A DNA stretch of 60,634 nucleotides from assembly GCF_001194135.2 (NCBI RefSeq), contig NC_068983.1, forward strand, positions 26,478,058 to 26,538,691, given 5' to 3'. Below, piece by piece: positions 40,875-53,888 of this stretch. Source of the stretch: Octopus bimaculoides. Lineage: Eukaryota. A program made the translations under genes and the position numbers. Numbering within the stretch: the first letter of the stretch is position 1; each line of letters starts with the position of its first letter. The notes beneath the pieces were generated by a model. That model worked only from the letters and a program-made list of their open reading frames with translations. It searched no databases and was not told the origin of the DNA.

Positions 40875-41020
40875 TATATTCGGTTTAAATGTCGGCACAG
40901 GGCCAGTATGGATGAAAGGAAATACTGAGATCAGTAAAAAATTGAACTCAGAATGTAAAGGTGGACGAAAAGCCGCTAAGAATTTTGTTTGTCGTGCTAA
41001 TGATTCTACAAGCTCGTTCC
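40875..41020 (-). mobile_element. Internally deleted SINE copy
   Basis: ttgaactcagaatgtaaag...gccgctaagaattttg...gtgctaatgattctacaagctcg is the reverse complement of the SINE head. Confidence 0.6.
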
Positions 41021-44000
41021 CATTGTATATTTAGGTATATTAATTATATTTACGTTAACTTCCAACCATTTTACGATCTGTGAGGTATTCTAGTAGAATG
41101 CGAATGTTAGGTGATGTGGGGTTGGCGATAAAGGATGACTCATAAACAGATACATTAAACGGGAAGTAAAGGGGAAAGTTTCAGTAGATGACATAATTAT
41201 GAGGGTATCAGATTATAACGAAATACATTTTTCGTAAAGTACATTGGGTACTAGCAGGTGATAACTCATTTAGAGTTTAGTAAGGCTATCTACATAAAGA
41301 TGTAAAAAAAGTAGGTATGTAGAAGTATTTAATATTTCTATATAAGACACATATAGACATGTCCACATAAATATGCAACTAATAACATGAATTTGCAGGC
41401 ACACATCTACTTGTACACAATGGCCAAGTTACGGCATTTTAGTGCCCTACTTTTCATCTACTTTTGACAAGTTGTTGATTTACAAGAACTCTCTTCTTCC
41501 ATTTGCCTGCAAACATTACGCAACCTATTTTAGATATGATAATATATCGTCGTGTTTCTCAGGTTAAATGTAAACATGTACATATAGCAAAACTTTTGTA
41601 CAGGCTTTACGCTTTGCTTTCTTGGGATTAAAGTCATCTCTACATTTCCTATTTCTATTCTTCTTATAATTATTTATGAAAATGCTCTTTGAGCTAAACC
41701 ATTTTTGATTATTCCAATCTTTGGTTGTATTTTGTTGTACACGTTACAATCGTGTAAATAATTTTTGCTACTCGCTTTTATATGTCTAGGACGACAGGGT
41801 GTACAATGAAGCTATTCTTTTTAAAAATGTGTAGTGTTGTAGTATATAAAGATTTGTGATCTTCTATATTTTTTTCAGAAATAAGAGATCTTAAAATTGT
41901 AGTATTTTCTGGCATAATTTCCCTGTGAACTGAATATTGCTGTTTATATTATTCTTCAGATAGTTAAATTACATAAATATATTTTTAACATTAAACCATG
42001 CAATTAAATAGTCACTTAATCATATTTTGCAGTTTCATTTAATTAATATAAAATGCATTCTGATTTATTTGATACGATCTTTTTTTAAGAATTTCACAAA
42101 GTAATCCTTTATTAAGCATGTGTTGGCATCTTTACTTTCCATCATTGTACATTATATTTGACGGTAGATCAATCGTTCTGTAATAAAAAAAAATTACAAA
42201 CGTCAATGACAATGTTTTCCGGCGCACTGTGGTGACTCAAATCTCTACGTATCAAGCTGATATGCAATTCTGAACTCTTGGAAAATATTAGCACATAAAT
42301 TAACAAGAATCAGACTTTGACTTACTGTGTTTGGTAAATCATAAAGTATATCAATTCGAAAAATTGTCGAATGGAACGCCATATATGCTTTCAATAAGCA
42401 TTAATAATGTATAACATTGTCTGCTTCACATGCTTCATATTCTAGCATTGGTCTTAATTTAAAATCATCTGAATATTGTTTCTCGATATACATGGATTTT
42501 GAGATTTTACAACCAGCAACGAAATATTTTGGGTGTACCTGTGTTAAACCATAGAAATTTCTTGATTTGCGAATGACGCTTCTTATGTAATCGAATTCTT
42601 AGATGTCAAACTTCTCGGTTATTTTTCCCATTCTTGTTTAGAAAATTTTCAGTTTATATTCTTATTGACATTAAATTGATTAGAATGTGTCATTTGCGTT
42701 TTCTCTTTTTTTTTCTCAAACAGAATCCATGAAATATTTTGCTATTCACCTTAACCTGTAACCTACTCTTTCAAAAATATGTCTCGCTTGACAAAGTTTA
42801 CGGTAGAATTCTGTGATGCCATTTTTTCATTTGTGAACAATTGGATATTAAGTAGTAAATTTCAACCAGTTAATCAACACGTTTACCTGTATATCGTTTA
42901 ACGTATTCTTTGATGAATTAATGACATTTGAAGTCTTCAGTTTGGTAGCCAATCGATGTCTTGCAAACAAGTCTACAATTTCAATTTTTTCACTCATTTA
43001 CAGTTTCAGTTATTCTTTTATGCTGACTTGATTTATTAAATGTAGCCTTCTATGGAAAAGATCTTAAAACAAAAACAAATTTTATTTGCAACGCCCGAAA
43101 TTCGATTATGTAATAAGATTCTACAGATGATCGGAAAACTATATTGGACAGACTCTATTATCATATACGGCATATTGACGATGCTTAACAGATAATTAGT
43201 GAAAAAGATTTGGGAAAAGAGGACGGGTGAGTGCATATACACACATTCACATATATTTATATAAAGCTGTGTCCGATATCAGAGATATTCGATATGGATT
43301 ACGTACCGTAATGAAATAACAATTTAACATTTCTCAGTTTTGTAGAATGTTGCATTTCTGATTTCTTTGATAATCATCATCCATAATCCTGTCGTGTATT
43401 CTCTCGATACTAATACAACTCTTTTACCCCGCATATCCCGATTGAGCGATTCATCATGAACGTCACGTTCAATCTTTAGTCACAGATGGTGCTTCGCTTG
43501 CTGAAATACCTCATATTCACCTTCCCATGAACGTTTGTTATATCTTTATATGCTCAGTGTCTACAGGTATTCGCCATAAAGTCAAAAAATGCATTTGCCT
43601 ACAATCCCATATCGATCAAACATGTCACAATTTTAACGTACCCTGGCTCGGATGGTTACATACTATTTCCCCCATACACAGCTGGGCTCTTACCAGTGAT
43701 ATTACTCTGATTCAGAGTAAACCAACAACAACATTGTATGTGCGGTTGCACACACATCCAAAATTTTGTACTCCCAAACCAGGGCGTCACTAGCTGATGC
43801 AACTTAACATAATACCTAGGACATAACGTTTAATTATTACGATAATCAATGTATGACATTCTGTGCATTTACAAGGAAAGTGTTTAGATTATTGCATTGC
43901 AATACCAAAGCTTATTGATTGTTAATATTAATATTCCCAATATTTAATTAATTCTAGCCTAGTTTATCGACAGATTTTGCTTTTAGTTAGTCAAAGTTCA

Positions 44001-44704
44001 TACCAAATTTTGTAATTCAAATCGTTTAATTCGTGACGTCACTCTCAATTCCCACCTAGTTTTGGATCTGTAACCTCAAAATTCAATGTAGATACCCACT
44101 ATAAGGAGTCTACTATGTGATTGGAAATAATGTACCTGCAGATTTGAGTATGTCTAGAGGCACATTCCCTCCATAATTTTTACATAATCGCAGACAACAC
44201 GATTGAAAGTTTTGAGAAATTACATCAATCCCTTAAACGCTAAGCTCCATTCTGAATGTAATGTGTAGTTTGGTCAGCTATGTTCTTTTTGAAACTGATT
44301 TATTTTGTATAAACTACTGCAACACAAATACCACAAATAAAGATCCCACGCTCAGCAGCAACGTACTGCGATTGGAATGCAGTTCATAATGCAAATAATT
44401 TCGTATATTCCTATCTAAGAAGGAAACGATGTTTGAGTTAAAGGAATAGTACCAGATGTGTCACTACAAATGTACACTAAATGTCACGAAAGAAGAAAGA
44501 TTCAGAAAATGTAATTGCATTTTTCACCTTTGTGTAAGTAGTTTGACAAATAACTGTTGAAAACAAATTATTCAACAAGTAGTTATAGTGAATAAATTTT
44601 GTTGTTGTATATCTGAAATTCAATTTAACAGACGCTATTTTGGGAATAAGGCACTGAGGAAACGCGAAACCAATTAATGGCGAATAATGAAAATAAATAA
44701 ATTT

Positions 44705-44723
44705 AATAATAATAACAATAATA

Positions 44724-44781
<58 letters not shown>

Positions 44782-44823
44782 CAACAAGGATAATACTAAC
44801 AAGAAGAAGAAGAAGAAGAAGAA

Positions 44824-44870
<47 letters not shown>
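44705..44870. repeat. Compound (AAT)n-(AAG)n microsatellite
   Basis: Direct reading. Confidence 0.97.
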
Positions 44871-44932
44871 ACTGTGTAATAAAATTGAGATAGCAAATCA
44901 AAGAAAAACATGAAACTGCTTTTCCATTAACA

Positions 44933-45092
<160 letters not shown>

Positions 45093-46155
45093 GCGTAAAG
45101 GTCTAAAGAAGGAATAAATATTTTTTGCCTGAGTCCATTTAACACTCTTACGAATTCTCCCATCTCCCTTGCAAATATGTACACATACACATCAATATAG
45201 GTATAGGTACATAAAGATGCATGCATGTATAGTAGGTATTATGTATGTATGTATGTATGTATGTATGTATCTATCTATCTATATATGTATATACGAAATA
45301 TATACATATTAGTTGTGGGTTAACAATACTACCAATTGTTTCATATAGGAATACATCTCTCAACATTTATCAATCATGGCACATTAAAACGATGATACAA
45401 GTCTCCAACCTTTATGAAAAGACACAAAGCTACACGAGTGTTTACATCATTTTAGGATAAATAATTATACATATCATGGGCGTTAACTTGTAGGAAAATC
45501 ATAGCTGTTGTCTCCATTGCGGCACTCCCCGGAGGCAAAAACCTCGGATTAGGTTCACTTATTTGTAGTTAACTTGAGCGGATCCATGGGCCTTCAAATA
45601 CTTCGAAACGGAAGAAATATTTAACCTGACGGTTCATGCTTCTTCGAAATTCATATATTCTCTACACACTACTGCAGCATAAACGAAGTTTGATGCTAAA
45701 TCTAAAGATCGAACATTCTATGTCATTAAAGACCATTAAAATGTTTATGTTCTGAATGAAGTTTATAATGGAAATGATTTCAAGCTTTTCTGTCTTAAAG
45801 AAGAAAGATAGTGGATTTAGAGGAAAATACCAAATGTGTCACAGCAAATATGTATGAAATATCACGCAAATGAAATCTTCAGAAAATAACATTACATTGT
45901 ACTCTATGGCGTATGCCATGTGTCATACAACTGTTCAAACGTAAATCTTGCAAATACCATTATGCCGAATAATAGTTATTAATAAATGCCTAAATTCAAG
46001 TTATTGTATGTTACTAGGGGAACGAGGTAGTGAGCAACTTTACAACAATTACTGTATATTGTCTTTAGTGACGAATGAAATTGTTTTGTCGGAATTACAA
46101 CTGAGCGTATGATTATATGAATGTATATATACATATATATGTGTGTGTGTGGTGT

Positions 46156-46195
<40 letters not shown>

Positions 46196-46216
46196 GTGTG
46201 TGTGTGTATGCATATA

Positions 46217-47815
46217 CAGTCGGACACAAAAGTATTCATACCATTGTTAATGTTTTGATTGTTTTGATTTCTTTTTTTTTTGATGAAATGAATGCATTAT
46301 CAAGTTTGTTTACGTGTTATATGTGAACATCAAGTTAACGAATGATAACAATATACAATTCAAGAAATTCTTTATTTCAGGGCTATTTTGTTCATGATTT
46401 TTAAAAAACGCCATGTTCAAAATTATTCATACACAAGGTATACCGAGTCCAATATCTTTCTTTAATAGTCAATAGCATAACCTTTGTTTATTTCATGACT
46501 GCTTGCAGACGATTCTTGTACGCGTTCACAAGCTTCCTTCATGTCTCCTGTAGGATGTTGACCCACTCTTCTTTGGCGAAAGCCTTGAGATGGGTTAGTT
46601 TGGTCGGTTCCCTAGCCATCACTCTGGTCGTCTTGTCTCACCACAATTTCTCGATCGGATTCAGGTCTGGTCTCTGACTTGGCTATTCTAGCACGTTGGC
46701 ATCATTGTCCTTGAACCATTTCCTTACTACTTTGGTGGTATTTTTTCCGACCATTGTTTTGGTACTTTCAGTTGTGGCCTAATTGGTGTTTCACGGCGGA
46801 TTCCTTCACGTTTTCATTTAGGATCCTATTATACAACACCTTTGTCATGATTCCTTGAACCTTGCCATGGTTCCCTGTGCTACTAGAACAGAAGCATCCC
46901 CATAACATTATGCTTTCAATACCATGCTGGACATTGAGCGCAGTGTCTTCGGCTTTTATGCTTCTCTTTTCTTCCTCCAGACGTATTCCGCATCTATATG
47001 GCCAAATAACTTTAACTTCGCCTCATCTGACCACAAGATGTTTGACCAAAAGTCGGGATGTTGCTTCAGATGACCTCAAGCAAAGATCAGGCGAGATGTT
47101 TCTTCCTGAGCAGTGGCGTCTTTCGAGGCCTACGTCCATGGAGACTTCCTCCATTCAAGACTCGCTCAATGGTCGATTATGACATATTCGTCCCTGCCTG
47201 GTCAAGAGTATCAATTAGGGTCTTGCTTGTTGTTGGAGAGTCGTTTTTGAGCTTTCGGCAGACTTTCCGAGTAAGTTTAGGGGACACCTAAAACTTCCTG
47301 CCACGCCCAGTGAGGTTATTTTTAACAGTGTTGAACCTCTTGTTTTTCATAATTATGCTCTGAGCAGTTGCCACCGGGATATCATTTTCTTTCAAATGGC
47401 CTTGTAACTCTTTCCTTCATTGTAGACACGCACAAAATGTTGACGTAGGTTCTCACTGAGGTAATTTTTTCCTGACCATGATGATCGAAAAGTGAGAATG
47501 ACCAGGACACTTTTTCCTCTATTTATATTACATGTATACTGTTCTGGGAATATATATATATCAAATATCAAATATTAGCATATTCAAAGGAGGTGAAAAC
47601 GGGGTTATGAATAATTCTGAATATGTCAAAAAAAGAACTGAAGTCCACATCTATTATTAGGCAAATGAAGATTAGCCAACACATACGTGTGTTTGTGCCT
47701 AGCAAGAAGTAGACGAAACATACACAGGAAGTACCAGCATAATAGCTTTCACAAATGAAAATTCTCTAAAAGAATGTTCGTTTCCATGGGGAATGAATAA
47801 TTTTGAGGGCGTCTG
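46217..47815 (-). mobile_element. Full-length (1599 bp) inactive Tc1-family transposon with outer and inner direct repeats at both ends
   Basis: TA flanks at 46215-46216 and 47816-47817; transposase from ATG at 47479 with FWSNILWSDE, VQHGIESIMLWGCF and LE*PSQRPDLNPIEKLW motifs; stops and frameshifts; paired aaa(a/t)tattcat-type repeats. Confidence 0.92.
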
Positions 47816-47841
47816 TATCTATTTTTCCTTTTATGTTATTT

Positions 47842-48020
47842 GTTCCAGGCATTTGACTGCGGCCATACTGGAGAAATCCCTTTAGTCCAGCGTTCGACCC
47901 CAGGATGTATTATTTGTAAGCCTAGAACTTATTCTATCGGTTCCTTTTGCTGAACCGCTAGTTTACGGGTGCTTAAACACGCCAGCATCGACTTTCAAGA
48001 GATGTTGAAGAGACAAACAC
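47842..48020 (-). mobile_element. 3' half of the second SINE family adjoining a (CA)n tract
   Basis: gactgcggccatactggag...tttgtaagcctagaacttattctatcggt...gctgaaccgctag...gacaaacac; reverse complement similar to 12437-12615. Confidence 0.8.
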
Positions 48021-48039
48021 ACACACACACAAGCATACG

Positions 48040-48073
<34 letters not shown>

Positions 48074-48926
48074 CATGCACACACACGTATATATAAAATA
48101 CATATANNNNNNNNNNNNNNNNNNNNNNNNNNNNNNNNNNNNNNNNNNNNNNNNNNNNNNNNNNNNNNNNNNNNNNNNNNNNNNNNNNNNNNNNNNNNNN
48201 NNNNNNNNNNNNNNNNNNNNNNNNNNNNNNNNNNNNNNNNNNNNNNNNNNNNNNNNNNNNNNNNNNNNNNNNNNNNNNNNNNNNNNNNNNNNNNNNNNNN
48301 NNNNNNNNNNNNNNNNNNNNNNNNNNNNNNNNNNNNNNNNNNNNNNNNNNNNNNNNNNNNNNNNNNNNNNNNNNNNNNNNNNNNNNNNNNNNNNNNNNNN
48401 NNNNNNNNNNNNNNNNNNNNNNNNNNNNNNNNNNNNNNNNNNNNNNNNNNNNNNNNNNNNNNNNNNNNNNNNNNNNNNNNNNNNNNNNNNNNNNNNNNNN
48501 NNNNNNNNNNNNNNNNNTATACACATTCACTGGTATACATACGTACACATATGCATAAAAATGCGCATCCAGAAACATAAATATTGATAGAGCTGGAAAG
48601 AGGTGTATATTTACATTTAACTGGGAATAATCTAATTTTGCAGGTAACGTGTTTAACCTGAACAAATTTATGATAAAGGCATCACCGACACACAATCGCG
48701 TATGTACGAACGAACATACACATAGAAACATACATAGACTGTGTGTGCATGCGCGCGCGCGTGTTGTGGGGTATATGAAACCCGTTATTTTCAAAAAGAC
48801 TGTGTTTACTACTCAGATTTCAAGAAACAAATAAAGAAATTCGACTATATATTACGTTCTACAGAGAGTTAACATATGAGAGAAAAAAATGAATAGTGTT
48901 TATTTCGATAACGTTAAGATGCATGT

Positions 48927-49260
48927 TCATTTTTTCTCTTCTTTTATTTCTTTTATTGCTTTATTTGTTTTTGAGTGACTCTCTAAAACCATTTTCAATT
49001 TCATCGATCTTAATTCAATCGGCTCTGCATTAATTATCACCTGAATTCCGTCTTCAACAATTCTAAAAATAATTTCGTTTTGTTTAATTGAAAATTTTCT
49101 GGATTGCATGCCAACCTTATTTGTTCCATCATTGCATGCATCGTTGTCACATGCACCGTGCTGTTTTGAATTTTAAATGATTTCGGCATAGTGGTCCATA
49201 TCCATAGTGCCAAACTACTCAGTCTCGACCTCTGTAACAACATCATGAAATACACCAGAA
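48927..49260 (-). mobile_element. Tigger/pogo-like transposase C-terminal remnant
   Basis: RKFSIKQNEIIFRIVEDGIQVIINAEPIELRSMKL...EIKEEKK resembles the Tigger C-terminus (FT...F...E.A...E..DPN.ER..KV...YDEKK); in-frame stops upstream. Confidence 0.55.
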
Positions 49261-49471
49261 TTATTTTGCTAGAAATATAGCTTTGATTTTATGTCGCCAA
49301 TATAAGACATTCAGTCTCTGCTTTAAGTCCGGAACCTCTCAGCTACTGATATGCTGTCGATTAGTCTAAATCAGCTCTTCAACTACGAAGTATACGTTCT
49401 AGTATGACTATTTATTCCAGTTTATTAGATGAAGACATACACATATATTAGTAGTACACAGAGCAGATTAA

Positions 49472-49608
49472 TAGTAGGTGCTAGTTCCATACGGCCGTTT
49501 CTGCCAAGAGGCATCAAGATCCTCCTGGTTATCTCCATATCTTCAGAGTACTGTAGGGATGGGCATGAAGAGATGCAGATAACGGCCATAAGGAATTAGC
49601 ACCTACTG
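49472..49608. mobile_element. Small MITE or foldback element with ~32 bp inverted arms
   Basis: agtaggtgctagttccatacggccgtttctgc versus revcomp agtaggtgctaattccttatggccgttatctgc. Confidence 0.7.
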
Positions 49609-49742
49609 ACAATCTGCTCATTTTCTCATTTCTGTTCTACTAATACATGTGTATGTATTCATCTAATATACTGAAATAAATAAACAGGCATACTAGAATG
49701 CTTACCGGCTGATATCTGTCAATTTTGTATCCTCTTCACTTT

Positions 49743-49782
<40 letters not shown>

Positions 49783-50966
49783 CTACAAAGTATAGAAAAT
49801 ATGAAATACCACAAGGTATAGAAAATATTCGCCTTTATATATTTATATATTTAATCCTTTATATTAAACACTCAATATTTCATCTATTCAATAAGACATA
49901 TTCCATATATTCAATAAGACATTCAATACTTTATTTCATAGTACCATCCATTTTTATTTTATATTATATATTGTATATTATATTATATATTGTATATTCC
50001 ATATTCTATATCCCACATTGGTTTTGCAGGAATATAAATAAAACATAAAAAAACAGACAGTGTTGGAACTCTTTTAAACAAAATAATATATTCCTCTATA
50101 CAGAATCATACANNNNNNNNNNNNNNNNNNNNNNNNNNNNNNNNNNNNNNNNNNNNNNNNNNNNNNNNNNNNNNNNNNNNNNNNNNNNNNNNNNNNNNNN
50201 NNNNNNNNNNNNNNNNNNNNNNNNNNNNNNNNNNNNNNNNNNNNNNNNNNNNNNNNNNNNNNNNNNNNNNNNNNNNNNNNNNNNNNNNNNNNNNNNNNNN
50301 NNNNNNNNNNNNNNNNNNNNNNNNNNNNNNNNNNNNNNNNNNNNNNNNNNNNNNNNNNNNNNNNNNNNNNNNNNNNNNNNNNNNNNNNNNNNNNNNNNNN
50401 NNNNNNNNNNNNNNNNNNNNNNNNNNNNNNNNNNNNNNNNNNNNNNNNNNNNNNNNNNNNNNNNNNNNNNNNNNNNNNNNNNNNNNNNNNNNNNNNNNNT
50501 TTAGAAGTTACAAAAACCAAAAAAAAACGAAAGACGAAGAAGGGTGTGCAAACAACAAAAGGTGTATTACTCTACGCTTTTCAACAGAAAGGAACAGAGA
50601 AATAAACAGAGAGAAAAAATGAAAAAAAAGGTTTAGTCGCTAGCGATCTATGATGGTGAATGCCGGACAGTGGTGGTCAGAGAGGAGAGCTTGGATAAAT
50701 AATAAAGTAGTGGTTATCCCAAAAGGAAGGTGCGCGTGCGTGTGTATGTGAGAGCGTGTATGTGCCAGTGGATAGGGGCTGGTGACCTTGACGTGTGCAT
50801 GTGTGCATGTGTAGGTGCGTGGCTGATGGTGTGGGTACTGGGAAGTGATCAGTACTAGTGTGTGCGGGGTGGTGTTATGTGGTGTGCTGTGTTGTGGTAT
50901 GGTGTTATGTGTTGTGGTGGTATGTATCATTATGAAAAATGGAGAGATTTAATGGATATGAATTAA

Positions 50967-51094
50967 TTCATTAACATTTTTAAAGAGGCCTAAAATTGTT
51001 TAAATTTACCGTCAAGTTACAAACCTATAATTCATTAACATTTTTAATGAGGCCGCAAATTGTTTCAATTTACACTCAAGTTACAAACTTATAG
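50967..51094 (+). repeat. Two-copy 64 bp tandem duplication
   Basis: ttcattaacattttta..gaggcc..aaattgttt.aattt...tcaagttacaaac.tata. at 50967 and 51031. Confidence 0.85.
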
Positions 51095-52918
51095 ATTAAA
51101 ATAAGCTTGTATTTTGAAGACTTAGAGTAACATATCATCAGGCCGAAGGACGTTAAGGAAACTACATACTGAAACCACATACTACATTAAGGAAACTACA
51201 TACTACAGCTTCTACAACAGCCTTAGTCGATGGAAATATGCTATATTTTGTGTGTGCAAATGATTTTATTTAAATATGATAATATAATTTATAAAATATA
51301 AAATTTGAAAATAAAGATAGGAAATAAAGAATTACTAATAAGTGTGTTCAGGCAAAGATGAAAATAGAAATGTACAGACGAAAAATAGAATAATAAAAAT
51401 ATGAAGATAAAAATAGAAAAAAAGATACAAATTAAAAACGAAGTAAAGTAAAACTATGTGGGTAAGATATGAAAATATAAAATATAAACAAAACCATTAT
51501 AAATGGGAATGTCTATTGCTTAGCTTAATTTGCGTGTGTGTATTTATGTAAATATACATATATACACACATATGTATGTANNNNNNNNNNNNNNNNNNNN
51601 NNNNNNNNNNNNNNNNNNNNNNNNNNNNNNNNNNNNNNNNNNNNNNNNNNNNNNNNNNNNNNNNNNNNNNNNNNNNNNNNNNNNNNNNNTATATATATAT
51701 ACATATATATATACATACAAACATACATGTATGTGTATGTATGTATACATATATCTGTATGTATCTGTGTGTGTGTATATTTGTCTCACAACCTCTACAT
51801 AATCTGTATAGTTTTGTTTACGACCACATCAACATAGCGGTACACCATAATTGATCGATAGAAATGAGCACTGAGGGTGACATTTATAGAACAAAACAAT
51901 GAAACTTGTAACCCAACACGCCCACAGTTCTACATGTAAAACATTTAATAGATAAAAGCCATAACGTTTGGAAATATAACAGTCCACTTGAAGAAATATA
52001 GGGTCCCAACGATTACGAGTGAGCCTGCTTTAGATGCACAGCAGCTACAAAACAAATTTGAAACTAAAGTCGGGATTATATATTACCTCATTATTGTTTA
52101 TGCTCAATAGCCATCATTTTCAGAGGAAACTAATTTTATAAGCGTTTTTCTAATTTTAACGCAAAATAATAATCACCATAAAAATATATCTCACTATTAA
52201 CGGGATGCATATATATGCATTTATAGACTTAATACTTTATTAAAGTATCTCTTCTGCCACAAATTCATACATTGCTCCTCTGAAGCAAAATATTTTACAT
52301 GTGTAAAACACTGTAAAATATTCTAGAATATTTTTAAGAAATCCCAACATGTAAAACAAAATTGTCTCATAACATTAAAAATAAATTCGCGATATATGTG
52401 ACGCCAACGAAGTAAAGTTAGACAGTATAATCAAACGGTTTATTTCATGTTATTTAAAACACATCGCCATAAAAATATCTGCTTTATAATCAATTTTTAA
52501 ATTACATAGACAAAGGTATAGTAAATGATACATGGATAATATATACTACATTTACACATATATGCCACAATTTTCATACGTTATGGCATAGCGAATGTTT
52601 TTGTATAGTTATTTTATATTTTAATACATACTACAACATAAACCTTCTTATATCTATATACATGCATTCATATATTCAAGAATACACACACGTGCACACA
52701 CACCTACACACATATATATCCACTTACATGTAGTCATACATATGGATATATTTAGGTCTACTTATATATGCATACACACACACACACACACATATATATA
52801 TATGTACATATATATATNNNNNNNNNNNNNNNNNNNNNNNNNNNNNNNNNNNNNNNNNNNNNNNNNNNNNNNNNNNNNNNNNNNNNNNNNNNNNNNNNNN
52901 NNNNNNNNNNNNNNNNNN

Positions 52919-52952
<34 letters not shown>

Positions 52953-53684
52953 GTATATATATACATACGTGTGTGTCTCTTTTTCTGTGTACGTGTGTAT
53001 GAACAGTCATATATAAATACATATACATATATGTGTGCGCGTGTTTATACATATATATACGGGCATCTACTCATATTTATCACTCAGCATTTTATTGATG
53101 CTAATATCATTACGTGTATTCATGGTTCAATGGAATTCTATATATGTAAAGTCTTCGAATAATCCCATTTAATCTCAGGATCATATATGAATACTTTCAT
53201 ACTCGTGTCTAAAGATGCGCATGCATCTATATAACCTTCTAATATTCACTATGAACAACAATATGGAAGTATTCACACGTAAAAGTGATTGAAATCACCA
53301 CTCTATTGTTCGCATTTTAGAAATATTCCTACTTCAAAAATATGAATGTTGTAAAATATGCAGCCATAGCATTCATTTCAGTAAGCCGTAGAACTGTAAT
53401 TTAGGTATGTTCTACAAACCACATGATTACATGCTGATACGAGTTGAGAATTCTTTTTCAAGACTGAATTCTTTGCATTGGTTTCATCACACACAAATCA
53501 CAAGACATTTTATTAACATTATGACCTTTGGCATTTTTTTTTTAAATCGTACGTTGGAACACATAATGGATGTTTCTCTCCTTAAGGTTCCCGATGTATG
53601 GTGAAATGGCATTATTGCTTTTAACTAGATTTCGCTGAGTGGTGGAAAATGAATGCTTTTATGATAGTAAGATATAAAATTATT

Positions 53685-53888
53685 GGTTTCAAATCATGGT
53701 AGCAGGCCAGTAATTGTGGGTGATAGGTGCAAGTTGATCACATCAACCTCGGTGCTCAGCTTGTAATTTAATTATCAAGGAAGCAAAGATACATTGTAAA
53801 GTCGACCTCCGTTGACCACAGAACGTAAAGACGGAGGAAATTGTGCTAAGCATTTCGCCTAGCATGTTTTCCATTTTGCTAGCTTGCT
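53685..53888 (-). mobile_element. tRNA-derived SINE, degenerate
   Basis: aaagtcgacctc...cagaacgtaaagacgg...gctaagcatttcgcc is the reverse complement of the head and core. Confidence 0.7.

Noticed and set aside
44477-44911. Poly-Asn/poly-Lys and poly-Leu/Ile ORFs
   Set aside because: Translations of the (AAT)n-(AAG)n tract; no splice or homology support.
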